Below are positions 38,675 to 48,535 of a stretch of DNA of 64,000 bases, in pieces. Every line of letters starts with the position of its first letter. Within the stretch, counting starts at the first letter, position 1. The position numbers and the translations under genes are program-made. Under the pieces are notes generated by a model. The model was not told where the DNA came from. It saw nothing but the letters and a program-made list of their open reading frames with translations, and searched no databases. The DNA is taken from the NCBI GenBank assembly GCA_038231275.1, contig JBBRLQ010000005.1, positions 224,001-288,000 on the forward strand. The letters run 5' to 3'. The DNA comes from Polyangiales bacterium. Its GTDB lineage: Bacteria; Myxococcota_A; Polyangia; Polyangiales; Polyangiaceae.

Positions 38675-40062
38675 ATGCGCTCTAGCCTTCACATCTTCTG
38701 GATTGCCGCCGTCGCAGCGGGCGCGTTCGCGTGCTCGAAGAACACGGACGACAAGAGCGATCAGTGGTCGTGCTCGATGCTCCCGGTCCCCGGCGGTGGA
38801 GAGCGCGTCACGTGCGTCTCGACGAGCCAGGCCAGCACGGCACCGGCGATGGCTCGGGCGGTACGACGAGTGGCGGCACGACGAGCGGCGGCACGACGAG
38901 CGGCGGCACGACGAGCGGCGGCACGAGCGACGGTCCCCCCGGCGGCATCTGCGATTACTGTCCCGAGTGCACCGGCTGCGGCGGGAGCACCGGCGACGGC
39001 GGTGGCAGTTCGAGTGGCGGCACCAGCGGCGGTACGACGAGCGGTGGCACCAGCGGCGGCACGACGAGCGGCGGTACGAGCTCCAGTGGCAACGCGTCCT
39101 CGGGCGGCGCCTCGAGCGGCAATGCATCGTCGAGCGGCGGCGCGAGTGGCAACGCATCGTCGAGCAGCGGCGCGAGCGGCAACGCGTCGTCGAGCGGAAG
39201 CACAGGCAGCAGCGGGAGCACCGGCGACGGCGGCGGTTACACGGGTCACGGACCTCCCCCCGGCGGCAGCAGCGGAAACGGCGGCGGCGCCAGCAGCGGC
39301 CACGGCGGCGGCGCGAGCAGCGGCGGAGCGAGCGGCAACGGCGGCGGCTCTTCTGGCAACAGCAGCTCCGGCGGCACCGACCACAGCGGCGGCGGCTGGC
39401 AGTGCGAGACCGACGAGAGCGGCAAGGTCACGTGCACCAAACCCCCGGTTTGCCTCCCCGGCACCCACCCGTCGGCGTGCGGCGCGTGCGTCCCCGACGC
39501 GAGCACCGAGAGCGACTGCAAGCCCCCGGCGGAGGGCGGCTGCTGGATCACCGGCGGCGGCTTCGTCGTCGACGCCGACGGCAAGGACAGCTTCGGCGGC
39601 AACGGGATGCCGATGAAGAGCGGCGCGATCCGCGGCGAGTGGGAGCACCAGGACCACGGCACGAAGTCGAAGGCGCACGGCAAGGTGAGCTACCTCGTCT
39701 GCCGCGTCGCGCCGGGCCCCGGTCCCGGCAATCCCGGCGGCAAGAATAAGGGGTTTGCGATCAACCAGGTCTACTTCGGCGGCGACGCGCGCTTCTTCAC
39801 GAACGGCGCGTGGGCCGACGGCTACTGGTTCGACGTCGTCGCCGAGGACCACGGCGAGCCCGGCAACCTCTCGGCGCACAAGGGCGTCGCCGACCACTAC
39901 CACTTCACGCTCCGCAAGGTCGCAGGCGCGAACCAGTCGGGCACCGTCGTCTACGAGACGAAGGGCGATCTCGTCGGCGGCAACATCCAAATCCATCCGG
40001 CCAACGCCGGTCACCCCTACACGCCTTCGGCGCTCCCGGCCTGGGTCTCGGTGGAACCGTGA
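38675..40062 (+). pseudogene. Frameshifted Gly/Ser-rich lipoprotein with C-terminal CWITGGG (post-COAP-1-like) domain
   Basis: Signal MRSSLHIFWIAAVAAGAFA-C is in one frame; GTTSGG linker and globular domain are in the -1 frame from about 38839. Confidence 0.75.
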
Positions 40063-40079
40063 GCACGAAGGAGATCGCC

Positions 40080-41213
40080 ATGAAAAACCATCTTCGCATT
40101 GCCGCTTCGCTCTCTCTCGGCCTGCCGCTCCTCGCCGCCGCGTGCGGCGGGAGCAGCACCTCGACGTTCCCCGAGGGGACCGATCCGAACGCAAATCCGC
40201 CGACCGGTAGCGGCGGCGGCAACACGCCCGGCTTCTCGACCGATCCTGTCGGAACCGGCGCCGCGTGCGTCACATCGACCGCCAACGCGCAGCTCGCGGC
40301 GGTCGATCTCGTCTTCATGTACGACAAGTCCGGGAGCATGGGCGATCCCGCCGAGGGCGGCGACCCGACCGTGAAGTGGAACCCGCTCAGCGTCGGCATG
40401 ACGTCGTTCTGGGCCGATCCGCAGTCCAAGGGGATCAACGCGTCGCTCCAGTTCTTCCCCGCCGACGGGGACCTCACCGCGACGTGCGCGGCGCCGTACG
40501 CCACGCCGAAGGTCGCGCTCACACCGGACTCGGCGCAGATCTTGGGTGCCATCACGTCGACCAAACCCCAGGGCGGTACGCCGACGCTCCCCGCGCTCGG
40601 TGGTGCGATCGCCTACGCGCAGCAAGCCGCGACGCAGCGGGTTGGCGAAAAGGCGGCCGTCGTCCTCGTCACCGACGGCCTGCCCGGCTTCTACGTCAGC
40701 GGGTCGATCGTCCCTGGCTGCGCGGAGAACGACGTCACCCACGTCGCGGCGGCGGCGAAGGCGGCGTTCACGGGGACGCCTTCCATTCCCACGTACGTCA
40801 TCGGCGTCGGTCCGGCGCTCTCGAACCTCGACGCCATCGCCGCCGCCGGCGGGACGAGCAAGGCGTACATGATCTCGGTCGGTAACCCCGCGGCGACGCA
40901 GGCGGCGTTCCTCGCGGCGCTCACACAGGTCCGCTCGCAGACGGTGACGTGCGACTTCGCGATCCCGCCCGCGCCGGCCGGTCAGGTCATCGACAAGGAT
41001 CGCGTCAACGTCGCGTACACCGCGAACGGCAAGGAGACCGTCCTCTCGTACAGCGCCGACTGCGCGGCGGGCGCCGGCTGGCGTTACGACGATCCGAACG
41101 CGCCGACGCGCATCACGCTCTGCCCGTCGTCGTGCGCGGCAGCGCAGGCCGATCGCACCAGCGGCAAGCTGACGATCGCGTTCGGCTGCCAGACGAAGCA
41201 GACGACGAGGTAG
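40080..41213 (+). CDS. VWA-domain lipoprotein
   Basis: AAA-C lipobox; MIDAS DKSGSM, GGTPT, LVTDG, TYVIGV; Cys-containing C-terminal module. Confidence 0.9.
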   Translation: MKNHLRIAASLSLGLPLLAAACGGSSTSTFPEGTDPNANPPTGSGGGNTPGFSTDPVGTGAACVTSTANAQLAAVDLVFMYDKSGSMGDPAEGGDPTVKWNPLSVGMTSFWADPQSKGINASLQFFPADGDLTATCAAPYATPKVALTPDSAQILGAITSTKPQGGTPTLPALGGAIAYAQQAATQRVGEKAAVVLVTDGLPGFYVSGSIVPGCAENDVTHVAAAAKAAFTGTPSIPTYVIGVGPALSNLDAIAAAGGTSKAYMISVGNPAATQAAFLAALTQVRSQTVTCDFAIPPAPAGQVIDKDRVNVAYTANGKETVLSYSADCAAGAGWRYDDPNAPTRITLCPSSCAAAQADRTSGKLTIAFGCQTKQTTR

Positions 41214-41229
41214 ACGCCTCGGGCTCTCT

Positions 41230-41913
41230 CTACATCGACTCGGCGGCCGCGCGGAGCTGCTCCGCGGTCATCACGTCCTCGTGCTGCACGAGCACGCGCT
41301 TCAGGTTCGGCGTCGCCGCCAGCCGGAGAAGGCTCTCCTTGAACGCCTTCTTGTCCTTCACGACGAAGAGCTTGAAAATTCCCGTGATGCGCGGTCCGCC
41401 GGTGCTCCCGAAGAGCTTCAAGAAAAAGCCCTGCGCGCCGGGGCGGTGCTGCATGTTGAACGCCGCGTCGCACAGCAGCAGCGACACGCCGTCGGCCGAC
41501 GTGACCTTCACCGCCGCCTCCATCTCGCCGACGCCGTCGATGCGCTCGATCGTGACGTCGTCACCGCCGGCGAGATCGTCGTACGTCCCGTCGACCGCCA
41601 CTTTCTCGGCGACCTTCTTCTTCGCCCCCTTCGGCGCGTAGACCTTGATCGCGGGGTAGCGCTCCTTGAAGCGCGCCGGATCGATCCGGTGATATCCGCT
41701 CGGCACGAGGAGCACGGTCGGCGTGCCCCACGCCTCGATCTCCTTCATCGCGGCGTCGTCGAGGGCGACCGCGTTGTGAATCCAGAGCGCGCCATCGGGC
41801 CGCTTCACGATGTCCATCGCGCGCCGCATCGGCGGGCGCTCCATCTCCGACTCGACGCGCCACAGGTTGTCGGTGAGCTTCTGGATCGGCGAGTGAGGGA
41901 AGGACTTCCACAT
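41230..41913 (-). CDS. Metallo-beta-lactamase-fold hypothetical protein (DUF4336-like)
   Basis: NLW, LWIHNAV, LLVPSGYH, LLCDAAFN, VLVQH. Confidence 0.75.
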   Translation of the reverse strand: MWKSFPHSPIQKLTDNLWRVESEMERPPMRRAMDIVKRPDGALWIHNAVALDDAAMKEIEAWGTPTVLLVPSGYHRIDPARFKERYPAIKVYAPKGAKKKVAEKVAVDGTYDDLAGGDDVTIERIDGVGEMEAAVKVTSADGVSLLLCDAAFNMQHRPGAQGFFLKLFGSTGGPRITGIFKLFVVKDKKAFKESLLRLAATPNLKRVLVQHEDVMTAEQLRAAAESM

Positions 41914-41950
41914 GGCCGAGACAGTAGGGATCCCGCCGCCACGCTTCAAG

Positions 41951-42016
41951 GTCGGAGTCGGCGTCGGAGTCGGAGTCGGCGTCGGAGTCGGAGTCGGAGT
42001 CGGAGTCGGAGTCGGA
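41951..42016. repeat. Intergenic hexanucleotide microsatellite (GTCGGA/C)x11
   Basis: Eleven tandem units: nine GTCGGA and two GTCGGC. Confidence 0.95.
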
Positions 42017-42019
42017 ACT

Positions 42020-42847
42020 CTAAGGGGTCTCCAGCGAGATCCTCCCCAGCGCGCCTGCTCGGAAGTCGTGGACCAGCGCGTCGCCGGCTTTGTGCATGTC
42101 GATGACCCCGCCGCTCTTCAGGCATCCGCGGCGCCTGCCGATCTCTTCGAGCAGCGCCGAAGGGGACTCCGGGAGCGCGCTCAGCTTGTACCGCGCGAGG
42201 AGGCGCTCCGGGTACTTCGCGAGGAAGAAGCGCGCGCCGAAGAGCGCCACGCTCTCGTAGTCGATCGCGTTGTCGGGAATGGCGCCGCCTAGAGCGAGCC
42301 GGTACGCGCCCTGCTCGTCCTCCATCTTCGGCCACATCATTCCGGGGTTGTCGTAGATCGTCATGCCGTTCTTCAGCGTGACGAGCTGCTGCGACTTGGT
42401 GACGGCGGGCTCGTCGCCGACGTTCGCGACCCTGCGCTCCATCAGCGTGTTGATCAGCGTCGATTTGCCGACGTTGGGGATGCCCACGATCATGGCGCGC
42501 ACCGTCTTGCCGGGCCCGCTCGGGTGCTTCGCCAGGCGCTTGCACAGCTCCGGAATCTTCTGCCGCACGTCCTGGGGTCGATCGGTCGTGATCGCGATCG
42601 CGAGCACCACCTCGCTCGTCTCGAGGCGCGCGAGCCATGCTTTCGTGATCTCGGGATCGGCGAGATCGCTCTTGCTGAGGACCTTGATGCAAGGCTTGTT
42701 TCCCCGCAGCTCCGTCACGAGCGGGTTCTCGCTCGCGCGCGGCATGCGGGCGTCCAAGACCTCGACGATGACGTCCTGCTTCGGCATCGTCTCGGCGAGG
42801 ACGCGCCTCGCCTTGGTCATATGGCCGGGGTACCACTGGATCGCCAT
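42020..42847 (-). CDS. rbgA: Ribosome biogenesis GTPase YlqF/RbgA
   Basis: IQWYPGHMTKA, DARMP.AS.NP, GIPNVGKS, DNPG, G.LGRISLE. Confidence 0.96.
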   Translation of the reverse strand: MAIQWYPGHMTKARRVLAETMPKQDVIVEVLDARMPRASENPLVTELRGNKPCIKVLSKSDLADPEITKAWLARLETSEVVLAIAITTDRPQDVRQKIPELCKRLAKHPSGPGKTVRAMIVGIPNVGKSTLINTLMERRVANVGDEPAVTKSQQLVTLKNGMTIYDNPGMMWPKMEDEQGAYRLALGGAIPDNAIDYESVALFGARFFLAKYPERLLARYKLSALPESPSALLEEIGRRRGCLKSGGVIDMHKAGDALVHDFRAGALGRISLETP

Positions 42848-42905
42848 CGCGCGTGGTTCTTAGCACGCGACCCGTGCCACGTTTTGGCGTAAATTCCCCG
42901 GTCCA

Positions 42906-44885
42906 ATGGCCGACCGAAAGACCGCGCGAGAGATCCTCGCGCCCGCAACACCCTCTGGAACGCCCTCTGGTTCTGCAGCAAAGCTCGACAAGGACATCAT
43001 CGCCGTCAAATGGAACGGCAAGGTCGTCGATCTGCACACGCCGATCGCCGCCGAGGCCTCCGAGCTCACGCCGATTCGCGCCACCGATCCCGGTGGCCTC
43101 GCCGTCATCCGCCACTCGACCGCGCACGTCATGGCCGACGCGGTGCAGCGCCTCTTCCCCGGCACGAAGGTCACCATCGGCCCCGCGATCGACGACGGCT
43201 TTTATTACGACTTCGACAAGCCGGGCAGCAGCTTCACGGAAGAGGACCTCGCGACGATCGAGAAGGCGATGTTCGGGGTCATCAACAAGAACACCCCGTT
43301 CCGCCGCGAGGTCGTGACGCGTGAGCAGGCCCTCGCCATTTTCGAGAAGATGGGCGAGACGTTCAAGCTCGAGATCATCCGTTCGATCCCCGAAGGCGAA
43401 GAGGTCAGCCTCTACAAGCACGGCGCGCCGAACGAAGAGTGGATGGACGTCTGCGAAGGCCCCCATGTTCCGCAAACCGGGTTCCTCAAGGCGATCAAGC
43501 TGACCAGCGTGGCCGGCGCGTATTGGCGTGGCAACGAGAAGAACCCGATGCTCCAGCGCATCTACGGCACGGCGTTCTCGAGCAAGGAGGCCCTGCACGA
43601 GCACCTGCGCCTCATCGAGGAAGCGAAGAACCGAGACCATCGCAAGCTCGGCAAGGAGCTCGAGCTCTTCATGTTCGACGACGTCGCCCCCGCGATGCCG
43701 TTCTTCCTGCCGAAGGGCGCCTTCGTCTACAACCGGCTCGTCCAGTACGTGCGCGATCTCTACGAGGGACAGGGCTACGACGAGGTCATCACGCCGCAGG
43801 CGTTCGATCCCAAGCTCTTTCGCGCGAGCGGGCACCTCGGCCACTACAACGAGAACATGTACCGCCTGTGGACGGAGGACCTCGTCGAAGGCGACGCGTC
43901 GAAGCTGAAGGACGAGCTCCAGGCCGGCGCGTTCGCGCTGAAGCCGATGAACTGCCCGAGCCACTGCGTCATCTTCCGCCACAAGAAGCGGAGCTACCGC
44001 GATCTGCCGTGGCGCGTGGCGGACTTCGGGCGCCTGCACCGCTACGAGCGCGGCGGCGTCGTGCACGGACTCGCGCGCGTGCGCTCCTTCGCGCAGGACG
44101 ACGCGCACATCTTCTGCACGCCCGACCAAGTGCCGTCCGAGATCGCGAAGTTCATCACGTTCCTCGCGGAGATCTACGCGGCGCTGCGCTTCGACAAATT
44201 CGACGTGAAGCTCGCCACGCGCCCCGAGAACCGCTTCGGCACCGACGCGGAGTGGGACGTCGCCGAGGGCGCGCTCGCGACGGGGCTCACCGCCGCCGGC
44301 CTGCCGTTCGAGTACCTGCCGAACGAGGGCGCGTTCTACGGCCCCAAGGTCGAATTTCATGTGCAGGATGCACTGAAACGAAGCTGGCAGCTCGGCACCA
44401 TCCAATACGATTGGAACCTGCCGCTCCGCTTCGAGCTCGGCTACGTCGGCTCCGACGGCAAAGAGCACCAGCCGGTCATGCTCCACCGCGCGATCCTCGG
44501 ATCGCTCGAGCGCTTCTTCGCCGTGTACCTCGAGCACTGCGGCGGGAACTTCCCGGTGTGGATCGCGCCGCGTCAGGCGATCGTCATCACCGTGCACGAG
44601 GACCTCACGCCCTTCGCCAAGAAGGTGCAGGAGTCCCTCGTCGCGCGCGGCCTTCGCGTCGACGCGGATCTGTCGAACGACAAGCTCGGCGCGAAGATCC
44701 GCAACGCGCGACTCGCGCGCTACCCGTACATCGCGGTCGTCGGTCAAAAGGAGGCCGAGGCGAACACGGTCGGCGTGCGTTCGCGCGAGAAGGGCGAGCT
44801 CGGCGCCATCGCGGTGGAGAAATTCACCGAGATGCTGCTCGAAGAGGCCCGCCCTCCGCGCGGACGCGCCACGACGGCGCCCTGA
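42906..44885 (+). CDS. thrS: Threonine--tRNA ligase
   Basis: RHSTAH, CEGPH, GAYWRG, DHRKLG, KPMNCP, QDDAHIF, AFYGPK, HRAILGS. Confidence 0.99.
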   Translation: MADRKTAREILAPATPSGTPSGSAAKLDKDIIAVKWNGKVVDLHTPIAAEASELTPIRATDPGGLAVIRHSTAHVMADAVQRLFPGTKVTIGPAIDDGFYYDFDKPGSSFTEEDLATIEKAMFGVINKNTPFRREVVTREQALAIFEKMGETFKLEIIRSIPEGEEVSLYKHGAPNEEWMDVCEGPHVPQTGFLKAIKLTSVAGAYWRGNEKNPMLQRIYGTAFSSKEALHEHLRLIEEAKNRDHRKLGKELELFMFDDVAPAMPFFLPKGAFVYNRLVQYVRDLYEGQGYDEVITPQAFDPKLFRASGHLGHYNENMYRLWTEDLVEGDASKLKDELQAGAFALKPMNCPSHCVIFRHKKRSYRDLPWRVADFGRLHRYERGGVVHGLARVRSFAQDDAHIFCTPDQVPSEIAKFITFLAEIYAALRFDKFDVKLATRPENRFGTDAEWDVAEGALATGLTAAGLPFEYLPNEGAFYGPKVEFHVQDALKRSWQLGTIQYDWNLPLRFELGYVGSDGKEHQPVMLHRAILGSLERFFAVYLEHCGGNFPVWIAPRQAIVITVHEDLTPFAKKVQESLVARGLRVDADLSNDKLGAKIRNARLARYPYIAVVGQKEAEANTVGVRSREKGELGAIAVEKFTEMLLEEARPPRGRATTAP

Positions 44886-44926
44886 CGCGAACCTGAAACG
44901 CTCGACGAGCGACTCTCGACGAGCGG

Positions 44927-45502
44927 CTAGGGAAGGACCTCGGTGACATCGATCTCGACGTCCGCGAACTGCTGCAGCCGAACGCGCTCCCCCCTCTTGA
45001 AGGGCACGACGCGCGTGTAGACACCACGAACGATGCTGGTGTGGACCTCGATCTGCCCATCGACGAGGTTCACCACCCAGTACTCCGGCACGCCGCACTC
45101 TGCGTAGAGCCGCGCCTTCATGCCCCGATCGGTCGAAAGCGACGATTCGGCGACCTCGATGAGGAGCCACGCCTGCGACGGGTGCGCGTCGCTGTAGCGG
45201 CCCGGGGGCACGATGGCCACGTCGGGCTCGGGCTCGGAGTCGTCGCTCGCTGCGAGCGGGGACTGGATGCGGACGACCGCGCGGCCATGCAGCGCGAGGA
45301 CGAAAAGCTCGGTCAGGCGCTGGAGCGCGCTGCTGTGGGGCGCGCCGATCGGGCTCATGCGCGCGATCGAACCGTACAAAAGCTCGAGCCGCTCGTCACC
45401 AAACACGCCAAGCTCGGTGAGCTTGTCGTACTCCGAGCGCTTCAGCGGTCGCCGCTGCTCGAAGGGAACGTCGGAGCGATCGGCGGGTACGGACGCGGCC
45501 AT
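44927..45502 (-). CDS. Uma2 (DUF820) family endonuclease-like protein
   Basis: ELLYG, MSP, EPEPDVA, LLIEVAESS, K..LYA..GVPEYWVV. Confidence 0.93.
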   Translation of the reverse strand: MAASVPADRSDVPFEQRRPLKRSEYDKLTELGVFGDERLELLYGSIARMSPIGAPHSSALQRLTELFVLALHGRAVVRIQSPLAASDDSEPEPDVAIVPPGRYSDAHPSQAWLLIEVAESSLSTDRGMKARLYAECGVPEYWVVNLVDGQIEVHTSIVRGVYTRVVPFKRGERVRLQQFADVEIDVTEVLP

Positions 45503-45606
45503 GGCCCTGCACGAAGGCTAGCACGCCGGCCGACGGCGCCCAGGGTGATGGCCGGCGGCACACGAATGCGCCGCCGCGCCGAGGGCGCCGTCGTAGGCGA
45601 CGAAGA

Positions 45607-46029
45607 CTACTTCTTGAACTTCGAGTCGCAGGTCGAGAGGCACGCCGTCTTCGGCGGGATGCACTTGCTGCCGGCCGGGGCCTTGTCGTCGAGCTTGGCG
45701 CAGCTGGTCTTGCAGCTCGCCATGTCCTTCGCGGTGACTTCCTTCGCCGCGACGCACGGCTCGGGCTTCGCGTCGGTCGCCGGGGTAGCGGCGGGCGTGG
45801 CGGGCATCGCCGGGGTGGTCGGCGCCGCGACGGCGGGCGTCGCCGGGGTGGTCGGCGCTGCGACGGCCGGGGTCGCCGGCATGGCGGGCGTGGCCGGGGT
45901 CGCGGGCGTGGCCGACTCGGGGGTCGACGTCACGGTGGTCTGCGACGCCGGATCGGTCGCGGCCGGGGTGGCGCCGCCGCAGGCGACGATGGAGAACGAG
46001 GCAACCAACAGAGCGATGTTCTTGTTCAT
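45607..46029 (-). CDS. Small lipoprotein with Thr/Pro/Ala repeats and 6-Cys C-terminal domain
   Basis: IVA-C lipobox; TPATPAVAAPT repeats; C...CKTSC...C...CLSTC. Confidence 0.8.
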   Translation of the reverse strand: MNKNIALLVASFSIVACGGATPAATDPASQTTVTSTPESATPATPATPAMPATPAVAAPTTPATPAVAAPTTPAMPATPAATPATDAKPEPCVAAKEVTAKDMASCKTSCAKLDDKAPAGSKCIPPKTACLSTCDSKFKK

Positions 46030-46126
46030 GGGCGGCGGCATAACGCCAAAATGCCACAGCGCGCAATCATTAGAGCAATTGCACTAGGCCTTGCCGGAGG
46101 GCGCAGCCGCGGGCATAAGAAGGGCC

Positions 46127-48202
46127 ATGCGCGCCCGAACGTCGCTATTTACTTGGATTTGCTCGGTTCTGGTCGTCGCGGCGGCGCCCGCGTGCGGGAG
46201 CGACGGAGGCAGTGGCGGCGCGGCCGACGACGCGGGCGGACGCGGCACCGGGGACGGCGCGACCGGATCGGACGGCGGCGGCGGGGGCGGCGATGGCGGG
46301 GGCAGCGGCAATGAAGGCGGCGCATCGGGCGACGCGGGCGACGGCGCAACGCAGGTCACCGGTCCACTCATGGGCGTCTGGCAGCTCTCGGGCACTGACG
46401 CGCGCGGCGCGTACACCGGTCAGGTCGAGCTCCGCGACGGTGGCGGCGGCAAGGTCGACGTGATCCGCGTCGCGCAGTACGCCGGCGTCACCGTCGAGGA
46501 CGCGCGCGAGCTCTGGACCGCGTGGACGGGGAGCGCCACGGTCAGCGGCACGACCGCGACGCTCGACGTGAAGCTCCAGCGCGCCGATTGGGTGAAGAGC
46601 CGCGGCGGCGTCGCGCGCACGCTCGCCGATCAAACGCCCCTCGCGGTGAGCGGCGCCGTCACTGCGCAAGGCAGCGGCGCGAAGGTCCATTGGACCGCGG
46701 ACGCCGTCACGTTCGATGACACGCTCACGGGCCACACGGCGAACGGCCCCGCGCCGATCTTCGCGACGGCAGTGACGCGCACGCCCGCGTACGCGGCCCC
46801 CAGCGCCTCGACGCTCGCGTCGATGAACTCGCTCTACGCGAGCTTTCAAGCGCTCCCCGACGTCGCGCCGTACAAGAACGATCCGGCGTTCCAGGCCGGC
46901 GTCGCGTACCTCGACGTCGACACGACCGACTTCGACTTCTACCGCGCGCACCCGACGGCGCTCCGCGTCGTGAACAAGGTCGTCGACGCGCCGAGCCTCG
47001 GCGAGACGCTCGCCCGCGCGAACGCGTACCGTAAGACGCTCGCCGACAAGGCCGCGTTCTTCGATCAAGAGACGCCGGCGGTGTTCCTCGAGGCGGCCAC
47101 CGGTCAGCTCGTCGACGACGTCGCGGGCGGCACGCAGAACGCGAGCGGCGACGGCGCGCTGTGGAGCGCCGCGTACCTCGCCAGCCAGGCCTACCGCTAC
47201 TTCGTCACGCACGACGACATCGCGCTCGCGAACGTCGCGAAGGTCGCCGGCGGCATCCAGCTCCTCATGGAGATTACGCCGGATCAAACGACCTTCGCGC
47301 GCACCGTCCGCGCCGCCACGGCGTCGCCCGCGCCGGGATGGCACACCGGCACCGGCGCCTTCACCGCGTACGAGTGGCTCGAGGGCGGCAACAACGACAT
47401 GTTCAAAGGGCTCTTCTACGGCATGCTCCTGGCGTACGCGACGCTGTGCGATCCGGTCGTCAGCGGCCAAGACGCGCTCTGCGCGCGCATGCGCACCAAC
47501 GCCGCGCACATCATCAAGGACCTGACCGTCGCGCAGGGCGGATCGACGAGCGGCAACAACCTCCTCGCCGCGTGGCTCGACTACTACGTGAACGGCGGCT
47601 CGCTCACGACGGCGATCAGCGACTGGACCGCGCAGGCGACGATCCTCGAGAACGCAGGCTTCCAGACCAAGCAGATGGCCACCGCCGACTGGAGCGGCAC
47701 GCACCTCACGTTCGTCGAGTTCGCCGGGCTCACGATGCTGAACGCGCGAAAGCCGCTCCCCACCGTGAACGCCGCGACGTCGCTCCGCAAGGGCATCGAG
47801 AAGATGCAGAGTGACTTCACCACGTTCCGGATGGGCCTCTGGAGCGTCCTCTTCGCGACGAAGGTGACGACGCCCGCGCAGGCCGACATCGACAACGCGC
47901 GCGGCCGCATGCGCGAGATTCCCGCGCCGCGCATGGCGCTCGACATCGACCACCGCGTCGGCCCGGGCTTCGTGATGTTCCCGTACCCCAGCGTTCCCTG
48001 GAAGAACGACTGGACGACGCACGATCGCACCGATTCCCTCTACGGCTACCCGCTCTTCACGCTGCCGCTCGACGTGTACGTCTGGCGCTCGGGCCCGCTC
48101 GACTATTCGGGCAACCACGAGAACGTGCAGAGCCCGAGCGCCGACTACCTGCACGCGTACTGGCTGGGCCGCTACCTCGGTCTGTTCACCGCGACCGACT
48201 AA
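46127..48202 (+). CDS. Large lipoprotein, uncharacterised, probable helical-barrel C-terminal domain
   Basis: APA-C lipobox; Gly linker; beta-rich N domain; motifs GDGALWSAAYLASQAYRY and DYLHAYWLGRY. Confidence 0.8.
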   Translation: MRARTSLFTWICSVLVVAAAPACGSDGGSGGAADDAGGRGTGDGATGSDGGGGGGDGGGSGNEGGASGDAGDGATQVTGPLMGVWQLSGTDARGAYTGQVELRDGGGGKVDVIRVAQYAGVTVEDARELWTAWTGSATVSGTTATLDVKLQRADWVKSRGGVARTLADQTPLAVSGAVTAQGSGAKVHWTADAVTFDDTLTGHTANGPAPIFATAVTRTPAYAAPSASTLASMNSLYASFQALPDVAPYKNDPAFQAGVAYLDVDTTDFDFYRAHPTALRVVNKVVDAPSLGETLARANAYRKTLADKAAFFDQETPAVFLEAATGQLVDDVAGGTQNASGDGALWSAAYLASQAYRYFVTHDDIALANVAKVAGGIQLLMEITPDQTTFARTVRAATASPAPGWHTGTGAFTAYEWLEGGNNDMFKGLFYGMLLAYATLCDPVVSGQDALCARMRTNAAHIIKDLTVAQGGSTSGNNLLAAWLDYYVNGGSLTTAISDWTAQATILENAGFQTKQMATADWSGTHLTFVEFAGLTMLNARKPLPTVNAATSLRKGIEKMQSDFTTFRMGLWSVLFATKVTTPAQADIDNARGRMREIPAPRMALDIDHRVGPGFVMFPYPSVPWKNDWTTHDRTDSLYGYPLFTLPLDVYVWRSGPLDYSGNHENVQSPSADYLHAYWLGRYLGLFTATD

Positions 48203-48535
48203 ACTCTGACCGCACCGAAGCGCGCGCCCGGTGCACCGGTGGGGCGCGGATGCGTGCAGGATGCATGGGCTCCGCGACCGGGTTCTCGCGACATAGGCGT
48301 CGTTGGGATGGCACGAAATCGGAGTCAGCTTCGAGAATGCTCCGCCCGATCCTCTTCGATCAGGACGGAACGCCCGTCCGCACCAACGAAATTCACGTCG
48401 ACGCGTTGGTGCGAGGCGCTGTGCTCGTTCGGATACCGCGTCGGGCGCGAGCGCGTGCGAGTCGTCGTCTTGATGGAGGTCACGCGCGCTCTCCTTTTCG
48501 TCGGCCTAGCTCACGGCGTGTGGTAGCGGAGTGGG

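Noticed and set aside
38870-39380. GGTTS/GNASS DNA repeats (and GASS repeats near 35290-35430)
   Set aside because: Explained as coding linkers of lipoproteins.
41951-42016. Possible CRISPR array
   Set aside because: Simple hexamer repeat with no spacers; no cas genes in the window.
42862-42880. TGGCACG upstream of rbgA as a sigma54 promoter
   Set aside because: GC lies 12 nt rather than 10 nt after GG.
42848-42905. tRNA or T-box/operator leader upstream of thrS
   Set aside because: The intergenic region is only 58 nt; no cloverleaf or T-box motif seen.
41946-45170. Very long antisense or off-frame ORFs (e.g. 1074 aa opposite thrS; also 30240-33206 and 51260-53953)
   Set aside because: Shadow frames of high-GC genes: Arg/Ala-rich, no motifs, overlapping well-supported genes.
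44927-45502. Uma2 gene as a defence system or mobile element
   Set aside because: Solitary; such genes are commonly scattered in myxobacteria; no partner genes or terminal repeats.
48203-48535. Short ORFs in the gap after the 691-aa lipoprotein
   Set aside because: No frame shows convincing codon bias or motifs; may be degraded sequence.
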